From contig CDRNVI010000139.1 in NCBI GenBank assembly GCA_977017575.1, positions 1 to 64,000 of the forward strand: a stretch of DNA of 64,000 nucleotides, read 5' to 3'. The stretch's first letter is position 1; every line of letters begins with the position of its first letter. The position numbers were made by a program, and so were the translations under genes. Shown here in pieces: positions 38,247-51,223 of the stretch. Origin of the DNA: Paramoeba atlantica (lineage: Eukaryota; Protista; Discosea). Under the pieces are notes generated by a model. The model saw only the letters and a program-made list of their open reading frames with translations. It was not told the DNA's origin and made no database searches.

Positions 38247-38444
38247 CCAAAGACCCCTTCACAAAAGGAGAAAGAGAGAGAGAAAGAGAGAAGAAGAGAG
38301 AAAACAAAAAACAAAAGGTTGTTTGTCCCCTGAGAAAAAAGGGACACCACAAAAAATGATTAATTTGGTCATTTTTTTTTTGAGCCCTTTTTTTTCGTTT
38401 TGTTGTTTTTGTTGTTTTTGTTTTATTTTTTCTATTACAAAGTG

Positions 38445-39513
38445 ATGTTGCAGCTTGTCTGTGTTCTTGTTTTTGTTTTTGCAGTTTGCTTTTTTTCTTT
38501 CAACTTTATCTCTTGAGCTTTATCTTCCTCACCCAAGAAAAATAGTTCATTGATCAGAAACTCTGGGATCCAAGTCTTTGGGAAACCAATGAAAACAGTG
38601 CAATTCTCTCTGGCTTTGGTTCACATTCACTTTTGGTTGCTTTATGTGGGTTGGTGCAAATCTGGAGACTCATTTTGTTGGAGTTTACCACACAAAAGCC
38701 GATTTCAAGATCCGATCTTCAGGTTTTTTGGACATTTTTTTGAACATTTTTCCAAAATTTTCTTTCTCAGTTTTGAACTTCTCTTGACAGTGAACCAATG
38801 TTTTTCTCAAAAAACATGTCTCTTATCGAACAAAGGAAAGAAAGAAAAACAATTTTTTGTCTCTGATATAGGTGTCCCGAAAAGGGACACCTCTTTTTCT
38901 CCTCAAAACGCTTTTTCTTTCTTTCCTCAAACGCTTTTTGAAAAGAACCTTTTTCTTTTACTTTCTCGTTCTTTTTCTTTTTCTCTGGGATGTTGTTTAT
39001 CGCTTGTTTCTTTGTTTTTATTTTTGCGGTTTGTCTCTCTCATTTCCCTTCTCCTCATTTTTCCTTTATAAACAAATTCTTGTTTTTTCTTTTCTAAAAG
39101 ATCTCCGCAGCTTTATGAACAGCTCTCCTCAGGAGGAACAATTTTCTCTCAAATCGGTTTACATACTCTCTTACTCAATTTTACTGGTTTGTTACAAATA
39201 TGGAGACTCTTTGTCTTAGAGATCACCAGAGACATCAGGTTCATATCGAGATATGATCTTCAGGTTTTTTTGATTGCTTCCATTTTTTCCAAACTTTGAT
39301 TTAAAACCTGTTATTTAACAATTAAATCACCACAGTAAGTCTCCAAAACGAAAAATTGACAACAAAAACTTTGGTTGAAAAAGCGTAACGATTGTCTGAG
39401 ATAGATTTGCCTGATGTGAAGAACGGATGGCCAACCTCTTTTCTAACGCGATCGGATCTTTTGATGTGTTCGCAATTTATTTTTGAGTGCAAAAACGAAC
39501 TTTATATTCATTA
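38445..39513 (+). pseudogene. Hypothetical gene with two homologous exons; frame not resolvable, possibly decaying
   Basis: Exons ~38547-38720 (GFGSHSLLVALCGLVQIWRLILLEFT..ISRSDLQ) and ~39100-39262 (QIGLHTLLLNFTGLLQIWRLFVLEIT..ISRYDLQ) end at identical GT donors. A third segment (FLTRSDL) has an in-frame TAA. Confidence 0.4.
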
Positions 39514-39880
39514 GTCCCCCTTACCAGTGGTCTTCAATGAGAACAAAACTTCGTTCAACTTCGTCAACTTCGTCAAAAAAACTGGAGAGTCGATTGTGTG
39601 CAACCACCCTCGAACTTTGTCATTTTTTTTTTCCTCCTACCAAAGAGGACTGAAAACAAATTTATCTGAGAAAAAGAGAAAGACTCTCTCAATAAACTGA
39701 AAAAAAATCCATCCCTCCCAAAAGAACTTGTTCTGACAACAAACAAAAAAGATGAAGTGTGTTATCTCTGCCTCGAAAAAAACAAAACAATAAAAAAAGA
39801 GCGCTAAAAAAATCTTCTCTTTTTCTCTTCTCTTTTCTTTCTTTTCGTTTGCTCTCTTCTTTCTTTTTCTTTTTCTCGCC

Positions 39881-41032
39881 ATGAGTCGGACAACTTTGGG
39901 ATGGGTGAGCCTTCTCTGTGGTTCTGCCTCCATTGCTTGTTTTATCTTTGTCCAGGCTCCTCAAATCATCAAAAATTTTCGACAGGTTTCTTTTGATGAT
40001 CCTTTTTTTGTGTGTTTTTATTCTCTTTTCTCTCCGACTCAAGCTTGATGGTTGTAGGGAAACGCTGATGGTCTGGCTTTGAGTTTTTTAATGTTTTGGC
40101 TCTCTGGTGATCTTTGTAATTTTATTGGTTCATTTTCCTTTTTCTTCTTCAAATTCTTTCAAAAAAAAACTTATTTTGTTACTTTCCAAAAAATTGATAC
40201 AGGATGTATCTTAACGGAACAATCTCTCACCCAAACATTATTGGCCGTTTGGTTTATCATTGCTGATTTAACCCTTTTTCTTCAAGCAGTCTATTTCCAG
40301 AAATGTGTCACCCGAGTCCCTGAAACAAGCTATTTTCTTGACTCCACATCTGGTTTTCTCTCTTTTTTGGGGGGGGTTAGTTTATTCTTTTCATTTTTTC
40401 ATTCTCTAATCTCTTTTTGAATAGATCCAGGACCAGAAGGACTCAAAAATCCTCAAAAAAGAGATTCGCTCACCCAATTGGTCGATTCAGTTGACTCTGT
40501 TGAATATCAACCTCAAACGTACTCGTTTGTTCAAAACCCAGCAAGACGGTCATTTTCTTTCTGCAAAAGTGTATCAACCAAGCTCATTTCTCCAATGACT
40601 TTTATTCTACTCTTGTCAACTTTACAGAGTACTCAAGGAAGTGATGATTGTGATGTTGAGTCTTGTGGTAACGACAATCTCACTTTGAAAAAGGAAATTG
40701 GTCTTGGCTTTGCTTTTGCTTCAGCAATTTGCTACATGACATCTCGACTTCCGCAACTGTACAAAAACTTTTCTCGAAAATCAACTGAAGGGTTGAGTTT
40801 GGTGATGTTTTTCCTATCAATTGCGGGAAATTTCTTGTATGGAGTCAGCGTCTTGACTGACAAAGAAGAGATCCAGCATTGGAAGATTGAATTGCCATTT
40901 TTGCTTGGAAGTCTCGGGACCATGTCAGAAGATATGATCATCTTTTGTCAATTTTTATACTATGGAGAAAAAAAACCAAAGAAAGATGATGACAGCCTCA
41001 AATATACCATCCAAGAATATAACGTGTTGTAA
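39881..41032 (+). CDS. PQ-loop repeat membrane transporter (PQLC2/Ypq-like lysosomal/vacuolar amino-acid exporter)
   Basis: Two PQ loops, VQAPQIIKNF..G.ADGL..FL..WL.GD and SRLPQLYKNFSRKSTEGLS..MF, with hydrophobic helices. Confidence 0.9.
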
Positions 41033-41276
41033 AGAGTGAGTTTTCGATCAAATTGTCAAGAGAGGGATTCGAGGATTTTTTATTTCATTTTTTCTCTCCC
41101 TCCCTCCCTCCATCTATCCAAGATTTTTTTTGGAGAGAGAAGTCATCTCTTCTGACTCTTTTTCCCAATCGATTGAAGGAAGAAGGGTTAACTCCCCTTC
41201 TTTTTGAGCGTGGTGCTACCCCATTTCAACACTCCAACGAAATTGATCAACTTTTGATCTACTTTTAGACATCTTC

Positions 41277-42926
41277 TCACCAATTATTATCATAAAGATG
41301 CCACTTTCCATTCACTTTCACTCTCTTATTTCGAAACCACTGATTTGCCAACCACTTTTCGTGTATTAAGGTGGGACAAGAAGCATGAAGACTTAATGGA
41401 TCAATAACACCATCCATATGACCATCTTCTTCAAGGCTGTAAAATAAAATTGCTTTTCCTTTTTGAGGAACAACACTCACACCTCCAACTTGACAAGCGA
41501 GGAGACTGTAGAGTTTATCCATCAACTTCATTGGAACAGGAAGTGGATCTTGAGCAAGAGGAAATCTTGAAAGAAAAAAATCATGTGTTAAGGGATTACA
41601 CAAAAATGAAGCAACCATAACCTCTTTTTGATTGAAAAGAAGAAAACCTGGTATCTCCTCCTTCAGGAACATCATTGAGATAATAGAGAAGAGTTGCTAA
41701 TCGATTTCCCCCCTCTCGATAATATTCATTTTGAGGGACAGTACTCCTTGTAGTGTAATCATGATGTCCATAAAAATGTTGATTATCACTATAATGAACA
41801 ATTTGAGTGTCTTCTGCTAATTCCAAGCCTAGCTGAAGAAGTTTTGAGGGTTAATTGATGGAAGAATATTGGTTGTAGTGAGAGAACGCAAAAAAGAAGA
41901 AGAACCTTTAGAAACTGAGAAGCTCTTCTCCTCACTCGAGCAAAAACTTTATCGTCATTTCTTTGATCAGGACCAATCCAAGTTTGTGTTGAAGTTCGTT
42001 GAAAAGATTTTTTCTACATTTAGAAATGAACAGAGGAAAGTAAAGTAGCGATGAAAGAGTGGTGTTTTTTGATCAAAAGAAGAAATGAACCCTTGAAGCA
42101 TGATCCGATCCAATGGAAGATTCTATAAATTCATTTGCCTATTGAGAAAGAAAGTTAAAAATCGGAAAATCAAAAGAAGATTGGAACAACAAAACCTTTT
42201 TTAACTGGGCCGCACGATCGATAAGATGATCACATTCTTCTTCACTCAAAAAATCAATCACTTCAAAAATTCTTGGATGATCATAAATTGGTTTCACGCC
42301 AACTAGAAAAAAAAAAAACTAGAAATGAACCAGAGAATAGAATACAAAAAAAGAAAAGAAAAAACGAACAAGTATGTCCTTCAAGAGTGTACCAAAAGAC
42401 GTCGTCTTCTTCATTTGAAGGAATTCGAGAAACAGGCCAAAAAAATCTTTCTTTTCCCACAAGAACCTGAACTCCTTGCCAGGTCAGTGAATGTCTCGAA
42501 GAATCATTCGAAGCATCATATAATTGTTTCATGTTGGTCACAGCATCTCCTGATTGGTTGACAAACCTTAAATAAGCGGTCCTCTTCTCCTCAGGGAGAA
42601 AGAGACCTCTTTACACACAAAAGAAAACTCTGAGATTTCTGGAGAATCATCCTAAATGAATAAGAAAAAAATTAAAACAAAAACAAAACCTTGCTCTCTC
42701 CAGAATATCATCAAATTTTAAACTCTTCGAGATATTGAAAGATTGGCATTTTTCAAATCGACAAACATCCACAAAAAAAGAATTTGGAACAGAACTCAAA
42801 TCTTCTCCAATGTTTGTGGAGCTTGCTTTTTCGTTTCTGAAAAAGAAAACAGTTATGAAGGCGAACAACCCTACACCAACAGCTAAGACAATCCAAAAAG
42901 AAGAACGAGAAAAGAGAAAAGACAAT

Positions 42927-42957
<31 letters not shown>

Positions 42958-43006
42958 GAAGAGGAGGTTTCTTCTGTTTTCCTTTCTTCTGTTGTGGACG
43001 AGACAT
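41277..43006 (-). CDS. Prolyl 4-hydroxylase (2OG-Fe(II) dioxygenase), type II membrane, copy 1
   Basis: N-terminal TM, HPRIFEVIDFLSEEECD, QRTS, EDTQIVHY...GHHDY, NRLATLLYYLNDVPEGGDT, PQKGKAILFY and LSLHASCP...EKWLANQW. Confidence 0.9.
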
Positions 43007-43183
43007 CTCAAAAAATGAAATGGTGTCCCTTTTTGTGGTTCGAGACACCATTCTTCCAATTTCCCAAAGCTGGGAAGCTAATGTTGGATTAAAAGAATTG
43101 AATTAAGATTGTTTTGAATTGTTTTGTTTAAATTCTCTTGAGAAGAATGGCTCTTGTAAAGACAAGAGAGAGAGAGAGGATTC

Positions 43184-45016
43184 TCACCAGTTGTTATCAT
43201 AAAGATTCCACTTTCCATTCACTTTCACTCTCTTATTTCGAAACCACTGATTTGCCAACCACTTTTCATGCGATGAGGTGGGGCAAGCAGCATGAATACT
43301 TAGTGGATCAACAGCACCATCCATATGACCATCTTCTTCAAGGCTGTAAAACAAAATTGCTTTTCCTTTTTGAGGAACAACGCTCAGACCTCCGACGCGG
43401 CAAGCTTCTGCATTGTAGAGCCTGTCGGCTGACGACTTTGGAACAGGAAGTGGGTCTTGAGCAAGAGGAAATCTAATTTTTGAAAGTAAGCACTCTCACC
43501 AACAGAAAAAGAAACAGATGTGGACAACATTTCTTTCCTCGAAAAAAAAAAAAAGAACCTGGTATCTCCTCCTTCAGGAACATTGTTGAGATAATAGAGA
43601 AGAGTTGCAATTCGGTTTCCTCCACCTTGAAAGTATTCATTCTGAGGAGCACTAGATCGTGGAGTATAATCATGATGTCCAAAATAATGTTGATTATCAC
43701 TATAATGAACAATTTGAGTGTCTTCTGCTAATTCCAAGCCTAACTGAAGGAATTTTTGGGGATTAATTGCTTGAACAATTTTTTTGGTTGTTGGGAGAAG
43801 AACGAATAAAACAAAATAAAAAGTAAAAAAAAAAAAAAAGAAGAACCTTTAAAAACTGAGAAGCTCTTCTTCTCACTCGAGCAAAGATTTCATCATCATT
43901 ACTTTGACCAGGGCCAATCCAAGTTTGTGTTGAAGTTCGTTGATAAGATTTTTTCTAGAATCAATAAAAATCAATCGAGGACAAGAGAAAACTATTTTTT
44001 CTCAGAAAAAGAAAGACAACCTTTGAAGCATCATCTCCCCCAACAGAGGATTCTACAAAATGATTTGCCTATTGACAAAAAAGAAAGTCAAAAAAAGAAG
44101 GAAAACCAAAAAAAAAAGGGAAATTAGAACAACAACAACAAAACCTCTTTTAATTTGGTAGCCCGGGCAATAAGATAATCACATTCTTCCTCACTCAAAA
44201 AATCAATCACTTCGAAGATTCGGGGGTGATCATAAATTGGTTTGATACCAACTAAAAGAAGATTAAAATTGAGATGGAATTGAGTAAAAGGGAGGAAAAA
44301 GAAAAGAAAAGAAACGAACAAGTATGTCCTTCAAGAGTATACCAAAAGACGTCTTCTTCATTTGAAGGATTTCGAGAAATGGGCCAAAAAAATCTTTCTT
44401 TTCCCACAAGAACCCGAACTCCTTGCCATGTTGCCGAACGTCCTCTGTTGTAACCGAATTCATTTTTCTTTCACAAAATGACTTTGTTACATCAAAAAAA
44501 AAGACCTCGAAAAAGGATTTGAAGAATCACTTGAAGTGTCATACAATTGCTTTAAATTATTCACAGGGTCTCCTGATTGGTTGACAAGTTTCAAACGAGC
44601 GACAGTGTTGACCTCAGGAAGAAAGAGATCTCTAAAAATATCAAAAGACAATAAGACAGAAACTCCATCCAAAAAAAACTCGACAAAAAAGAAAACCTTG
44701 CTCTCTTAAGAACATCCTCAAAACTTAAATTCTTCGAGATATTGAAAGATTCGCATTGCTCAAATCGACAAACATCAACAAAAAAGGAATTTGGCACCGA
44801 ACTCAAATCTTCTTCGTTGTTTGTGGGACCTGGCTTTGAGGAGCTCTCTTGATTCGGTTTGAGTAAAAAAACAGTGGTAATCGCGAGAACTCCAACTCCC
44901 ACTGCTAAGAGGGCCCAAAAAGAAGAAGAGGAAGAGGAAGAGGAAGAAGAAGAAGAAGAAGAAGAAGAAGATTTCTTCTTATTTCCTTTTCTCTGTTGTC
45001 CTTTGCCACGAGACAT
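43184..45016 (-). CDS. Prolyl 4-hydroxylase, copy 2 (tandem paralogue)
   Basis: Same exon structure and motifs as copy 1 (GHHDY, NRIATLLYYL, SIHAACP, EKWLANQW); the frame appears intact. Confidence 0.9.
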
Positions 45017-45138
45017 CGAAAAACAAAACGGTGTCCCCTCTCCCTCTTCTCTCTGGTGTCCCCTTATCATTCTCCACCCAGAAAAAAAAGACAAGAGAAC
45101 ACAAAAGAAAGAGAGAGTTTTGTCAAAAATTTAAATAT

Positions 45139-47338
45139 TCATGTTTCAAGTTTTCCTTCTTTTTGGGAGGAAAGAAGGAAGGAAAGAAAACGAGACGCTT
45201 CGCCAGTAACTGGATTTAAAGACAAAGAAGTAAGGCCTGAACGAATGCTTGTTTTTAAGAGGGATTGATCGCCAGAGGAAGACTGAGAATTGCTGAATAC
45301 GTCGTTTTGAAGAGTTTCAAAGTTGGGGTCAACAAATTTATCTTGACTTTCAAAGGGAGGAGATAAATATGATCGATTCAAAAACCAGGATTCTTGATCC
45401 AACGAGACAGCATTCGTTGGTGGAATCGAAGATAGATACAGGTGAAAATTGGAACGAGCAACCAAAAGAAAAATATCTGAAATTGAAGCCCTCAAACCAC
45501 TTGGAAGACCACTGAAATCTTCTTCACTCATTGAAGATTCATCCAAACCAAAATGGTGCAAACACATATCAAGGTAGTCTCGTGTAACTTGAAGGGAAGC
45601 AACATCATCCCCAAGAGAATAGAGAGAATGGGCCTTTAAGAATAGGAGATCAGATTCGAAAACTCTTCCTTCGTCAAGGACCTCCACTTCACGACAAGTA
45701 TCCAGACATTGTTGATATTTTCCTAAACGAAGAAGGATCAGAGCTTTTTTGTGCAAGTAATCGATTTGAGCTTCCCCTGGTAAGTGTTTTGCGAGAGTAA
45801 CAGCCTTTTCGATTGCATACAAAGCGTCGCCATCCTCGTTCCCCTATTTTATTTTTTTCAATAAATACATCACAAAAAGAAAATGTCAGAGAGTAAAAAA
45901 GAAAGGAAAGAACCTTGACATATAAAGACAATGCCATGCCTTTCCACGCTTCAGGAGCAGCATCTCTGGAATCCTCAGCACAAAGCCACTCTTGATCTTC
46001 CTCCACAGAATCAACTGGCATTGGAGGTAATCGAGGAAAAATTTCAATCCTTTTCACGTTTTTCCCAATAATTTCGAGTCCTTTAACATACCAATATAGA
46101 CTTCGATCAGGATCCCCCGTATGAAAATAAGTATCACCAAGACCTACTAAACCTCTTACATTTGATGGTTCTGATGAGGACAATGAAAAAAAAGTTATAT
46201 TCCTATTTAAACTAGAAAAAACAAAAAAAAATTGAGGAAAAAAAACCTAATTTGAGGATAGCTGAGTAATCTGCCAGCGCTTTTGTACAATCCCCTTTTT
46301 CCAAATAAATATCAGCACGACCACCGAGAGCTGCATAACAAAAGAGAGTAAATACAAAATGTTTTCTCAAAAATGATCTAAATTTGAATCACCTGGAATG
46401 AGATCTGGTTGAGAACGCAAAACTTCATTGTACCTTTGAAGAGCAGAGTCAACTCTACCCATCCCAACCAAGCATTCAGCAACTCCAACAATTCCAAGGG
46501 GATGTGGTTTAAATTTCAAAGATGATAAAAAATCTGTGAGGATAACCAAATAAATTTTCGTTTCAATAACAAGAATTCAAAATCTCTTCTAACTTTCAAA
46601 GAATCAAACCTTCAAGTGCTTCATTGTACTTCCCCAAGTTTTTCAATGAGTAAGCTCGCAAGAGATATGATCGTTGACCGATTGAAGGATCATCTAAAGT
46701 AAACCCCTTGAACGAAAAAAGAAGATAATCAATATTCTTTGATCTTGAAACAAACATCATTTCATCATTTCCCCCCAAAGAAAGAGGGAAAAAAGTATCA
46801 AGAGAAAGAAAAAGTCAATTACATGGGAGATTAAGAAATCACATTCACTGACAGCTTCCTCAAAACGGCCTCGAAAAGCATGATAATTGACTTCAAACAA
46901 TCGCTCTTCGATTGTCAGATTGGACAACTCTTCTTCTGGGATATTCCCTTCTTCCACATCAATAACGGGGACTTGATTCATTGTCTCTGTCACTGTTCCT
47001 TTTTTTTTGTGTGTACAGGAACTCATCGAAAGGTATCGACAAGATCCTTGACCAATTCTTAAAGAGGGACCTTCTCTTTTCATCAATTCGCTTCCCAGAT
47101 GCGGTTTTTGAGGGGCATTTGACGAGAAGAGTCGGTTCAGAGAACAACAGGATTTTGGTTGGACAGGAACCAGTGAGAGGGAGAGTGTTTTTTGCTCTTC
47201 GATTGGAATTGAGGGTTCTCGCCAGGACGAAACTCTCTTTCCTTTTATCCCCAAGAAAACCTCATCCAAACTCCCACTTCCCCAATTACCACGAAGGAAG
47301 CCTCCTCTGAACCCACCTCGAAGGGCGGACGCAAACAT
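45139..47338 (-). CDS. TPR-repeat protein with a probable N-terminal mitochondrial targeting peptide
   Basis: Arg/Ser/Leu-rich N-terminus (MFASALRGGFRGGFLRG...RLFSS). TPR-like units: GLVGLGDTYFHTGDPDRSLYWYVKGL, KALILLRLGKYQQCL and GVAECLVGMGRVDSALQRY. Confidence 0.7.
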
Positions 47339-47481
47339 TCGTCTGCAAAAAAGGAGTTTGAAAAAGAAAGAAGAAAAAGGAAAAAAACAACCAACAAGCT
47401 TTTTCGTCGGTAAAAAACGTCAAATTTTTGTTTTTTGTGGTATTAATTATTTTCTTTTTTTGTGTTTGGGTTTGTGGCGAA

Positions 47482-48585
47482 ATGGTTTGTCTACTTTCTC
47501 CCGTTTCTTCTCCCTTCTCTCTCTTCTCTCTCCCTTCTCTCCCTTCTCTTTCTTCTCTCTTCTCAAACTCATTGATTTCTTTGTTCCCCAGTCGATCTTA
47601 GAGTACAATGGAGGATCTGTGGTTGCAATGAAAGGAAAAGATTGTGTCGTTATTGCGAGCGACATGAGATATGGGATTCGATTTCAGACTGTCGCAACCA
47701 ATTTCCCAAAAATTTATCGTTTGAACAGCAGAGTTCTTTTTTTCACTCTTTCTCTTCTCTTTTTTATCATTTTGAGTAAAAAGAGAGAAGGAAGAATATC
47801 ATTCTGACCTCTCTTGAACAGTGTTTTGTGGGGTTAACTGGATTAGCAACTGATGTTCAAACTGTTTACGAAAGACTCCACTTTCGCATGCAAATGTATA
47901 AGGTAGGGCTTTTTCTCTTTGAAGGATCATCAACTCATTGTCCCCTTTCATTTCTTCATTTCTTTAAAAATGAAAGTGTTTTTTTTAAATTTTTTTTCCA
48001 ATACAAAAACAGCTGAAAGAAGGTCGAGAAATGACTCCTCGGGTGCTTTCGAATGTGGTGAGTACCATTTTGTATGAGAAAAGATTTGGTCCCTATTTCG
48101 TCGAACCTGTTGTTTGTGGTCTTGAAGAGAAAGATGGAGAATTAGTTCCATATATTAGTGCTTATGATTTAATTGGAGCTGGTCTTTTTGCGGAGGACTT
48201 TGTTCTTGCTGGCACTTCTTCTGAGGCTCTTTATGGTCTCTGTGAATCCTTTTATAAGCCAGATTTGGTTTGTTTCAATTATTTTTTTTTATTGTTGAAG
48301 TTTAAAGAAAACAAAAAATTCATATTCAAAAAATAGAATGCTGAGGAATTATTTGAAGTTGTCTCCCAGAGCATGCTTGCTGCTGTCAATCGAGATGCAT
48401 ATTCGGGATGGGGAGCAAAAGTTTATATTATGTAAGTTTTTCTCTCTTGAAAAAGAAAGAAACTGATAAGGAGAATTATTGGAGTAATTAAAAAAAGAGT
48501 TGGGTGTGGAATCTCACTAACAAAAACAATAAACAGAGAAAAAGGAAAGACCACAATCAGAACACTGAAAGGGCGAGTTGATTGA
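47482..48585 (+). CDS. PSMB3: 20S proteasome subunit beta type-3; the first exon is the ATG alone
   Basis: M|SILEYNGGSVVAMKGKDCV.IASD.RYG, VGLTGLATDVQT, LYEKRFGPYFVEPVV, GTSSEALYGLCES, NRDAYSGWGA and LKGRVD*. Confidence 0.95.
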
Positions 48586-48915
48586 ACAACGAACAAAAAA
48601 AGAAATAAAAATACTATCTCTTCTCAACACACACACACACATATGAACCACATTTTTTTTAAAGGCACACCAATAAAAGAAGAAATAGAGAAGAAGGAAA
48701 AAAGATACATTGAATTTGTAGTTTATTAATTGTTTGTCTCTACTACTCACTCTCTCACACAATATATATAATGTTTGGACACCTCTCACCGGAATCAAAA
48801 CAAAATGAGAAGAAAGAACTCAACACCAACTACTCGGTAGAACTCTTGGAAGAGAGGGACCAAAAAAGGGGGGGGAGCAACACCACACACACCAAAAAAG
48901 AAAAAAGGGACTGTC

Positions 48916-50703
48916 CTATCCCTTCTCTTCTCCCGCCAAATAGTGGTACACGATATCAAAGCCTTCCTTGTAAACTCCATAACCAAAACCTTCTTTCAAG
49001 TATTGGAATTCAGCATAAGAAGGACCATCACATCCTAAGGAACCCTCAAATGCAGCAAGTTGCTCGTTTCCGGCCTTGACAATCTGACAGAGCTTAACGA
49101 CGGTATCGGTAGAAGGATTGGGACACATTAACCCAAGTCGAACAAAACCTTCAGAAGAAGTGATCACTGAGAGGCAAAGACCCACAGGTTTCCATTCACG
49201 GATAATTCCGTGAGGACCTTCCGGGATAGCTGGGAAACCAAACATTTTGTAAGCATCTTCAGCAGCATTAAATTGAGTATCAAAACTATCTCCTGGAAGC
49301 TTTACTCGAATCTCAGTCTGTCTTGGGGGAGCGGCTCCCATGTCACGACCAACACTGAAACACTTTTCAATATGATGTTTCTCAGACCACTCGAGCACTT
49401 TTTTTGAGGGTTCACCAGGATCAGCAGACTCAATCGCCATCTTCATTAAAATTTCGACAGGGAAATACCATCCACCATCCATTCCACCTTTGGCAGACAT
49501 ATCAATCCAAGATCCAATCTTGATGGGGTTAATAAGAGCACCAACATCGTTCAATCGATCAATTTCGCTTTCAGGAGCACCCACATTCCAGAAAAAATCA
49601 ACCATTTTTTGAATGAAAATATTTTGAGGACCAGCTATAGAGAAAAAAAGAGATTAAAAAAAATAAAAATAAACATGAAACGTGCCTTTTAGTGCGTTGT
49701 GTTGTGTGTTGTGTTTGTTGGGTGGGGTTGGTTGTCGAAAAAAAATAATAAAACTCAAAAAACCTGTTCGCCAAGTCAATTTCTCCATGCTCGCAGAAGT
49801 TGAAACGTGGAACTCAATAGCTCCTCCAGATTGAATCTCCTCACCAACCGGAACACTTTCCGACCAAATTTGCCAGAATTCCAAAACTTTGCTCTCTTCA
49901 TCTTGAAGGAAAGGAATTGTCCCTTTCGCGAGAGAAATTTGGACTCTTGGGGAAACACCTGAACTTGGGGACTTAGCTGTCGAAGTTGGTGCAGAAGTCT
50001 GGGCTTGTTGCGTTGGAGCTGGGGAAGGAGTTGTTTGGACAGGAGTAGGAGCAGATGCGGATGAAGGGTCCTCAGATTTCTTTTTATCTTTAATTTTTTC
50101 ATTGATTGCCTTCACCCATTCCTTTGTGACTTGCTCTTTGTCAGAGTAGATAACGAACGTTCGTTTTGCTGTTGAGACTGAAAAATAAAATTTCCCTTTC
50201 TCGGCCTATGGGAAAGAAGGGGGATGAGTGAGTGAGTGTGTCCCGCACATCATAAAAATTAAAGAGATGGGAAGCAACAAACAACAAAAAAGAACCTTAT
50301 TCTTTCCAAGATCTTCTCTACATTCTGAGTCGAGTTCCAAAGGAATTGAACCAGTCAAGTCTGTGTCCTGAAAAAGAAATCGCCATTTCAGTTGTGCGTT
50401 GCGCCACCAAAAAAACGACAAAAATGAGGGTAAAAACAGAAACAAAACGAAACCTTGGGTGTCTTGAAGTAAAATAATGTATCACCCTTCAATACAAACC
50501 AACGTTTCTTCCAAGTTTTAATCGTACCACCACATTTAGTGAGGTACCCTTCTTTGTTCCCTGACCCCAAAGATTGGACTGAAATCTGTGGTCTTTCTTT
50601 GTCAAACTTCATCGAATTTGGAATTTTATCCTTCTCTCCAAAAAGAAAAAGAAGAAATATTTGAACTTTGATGAAATTGAAAAAAGGTTTTGACCTGGCT
50701 CAT
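48916..50703 (-). CDS. PH-domain protein with a Pro/Thr/Ser linker and an uncharacterised ~300-aa C-terminal domain
   Basis: KEGYLTKCGGTIKTWKKRWFVLKGDTLFYFK (PH), then an ordered domain (GSWIDMSAKGGMDGGWYFP...). The first exon encodes MSQ only. Confidence 0.8.
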
Positions 50704-51223
50704 GTTTTCTCAAGTACTTTGCGTTTTGTTGCCAGCACCGCCAATCTCGCGTTTTTGGTTGTTTGTTTGGTGTTGATGTGAAGCGAAAGGCGGTTCCGTT
50801 CCAAAAAAGACTTTTTTGGTCCAGACCTCAATCTTTTTGAATGCATAAATGACATACAAAATTTTTCCACTTTTCCGACGGTGGTTCCGACCTCGGGTGA
50901 CCTCTAACTTGAAAAAAAACCGCCAGATCTTGCACGAATAAAATCTGAAAAGAATCTGGTGAGTTGACCGCTCTGGATGTCATTTTTCACTGATTCGTGA
51001 TGACGTGGTCCATCTCGAATTTTTCGAAACTCAAATAATCAAAAAATAACCTTTTTTTGACACTTTTTGTTTCACGCAATTGTTTTTTCTTTTTGGGTGG
51101 TGTTTTTCTGTTTTGTTGGAAAAGAAAGAAAGAGGCGTTTCTTCCCCCCCCCTAAGCAACAACTCAAACAAACCTCCGACTCCACCCCCAACCCTTCTTT
51201 TGCAAAAAGGATATGTTGGATCG

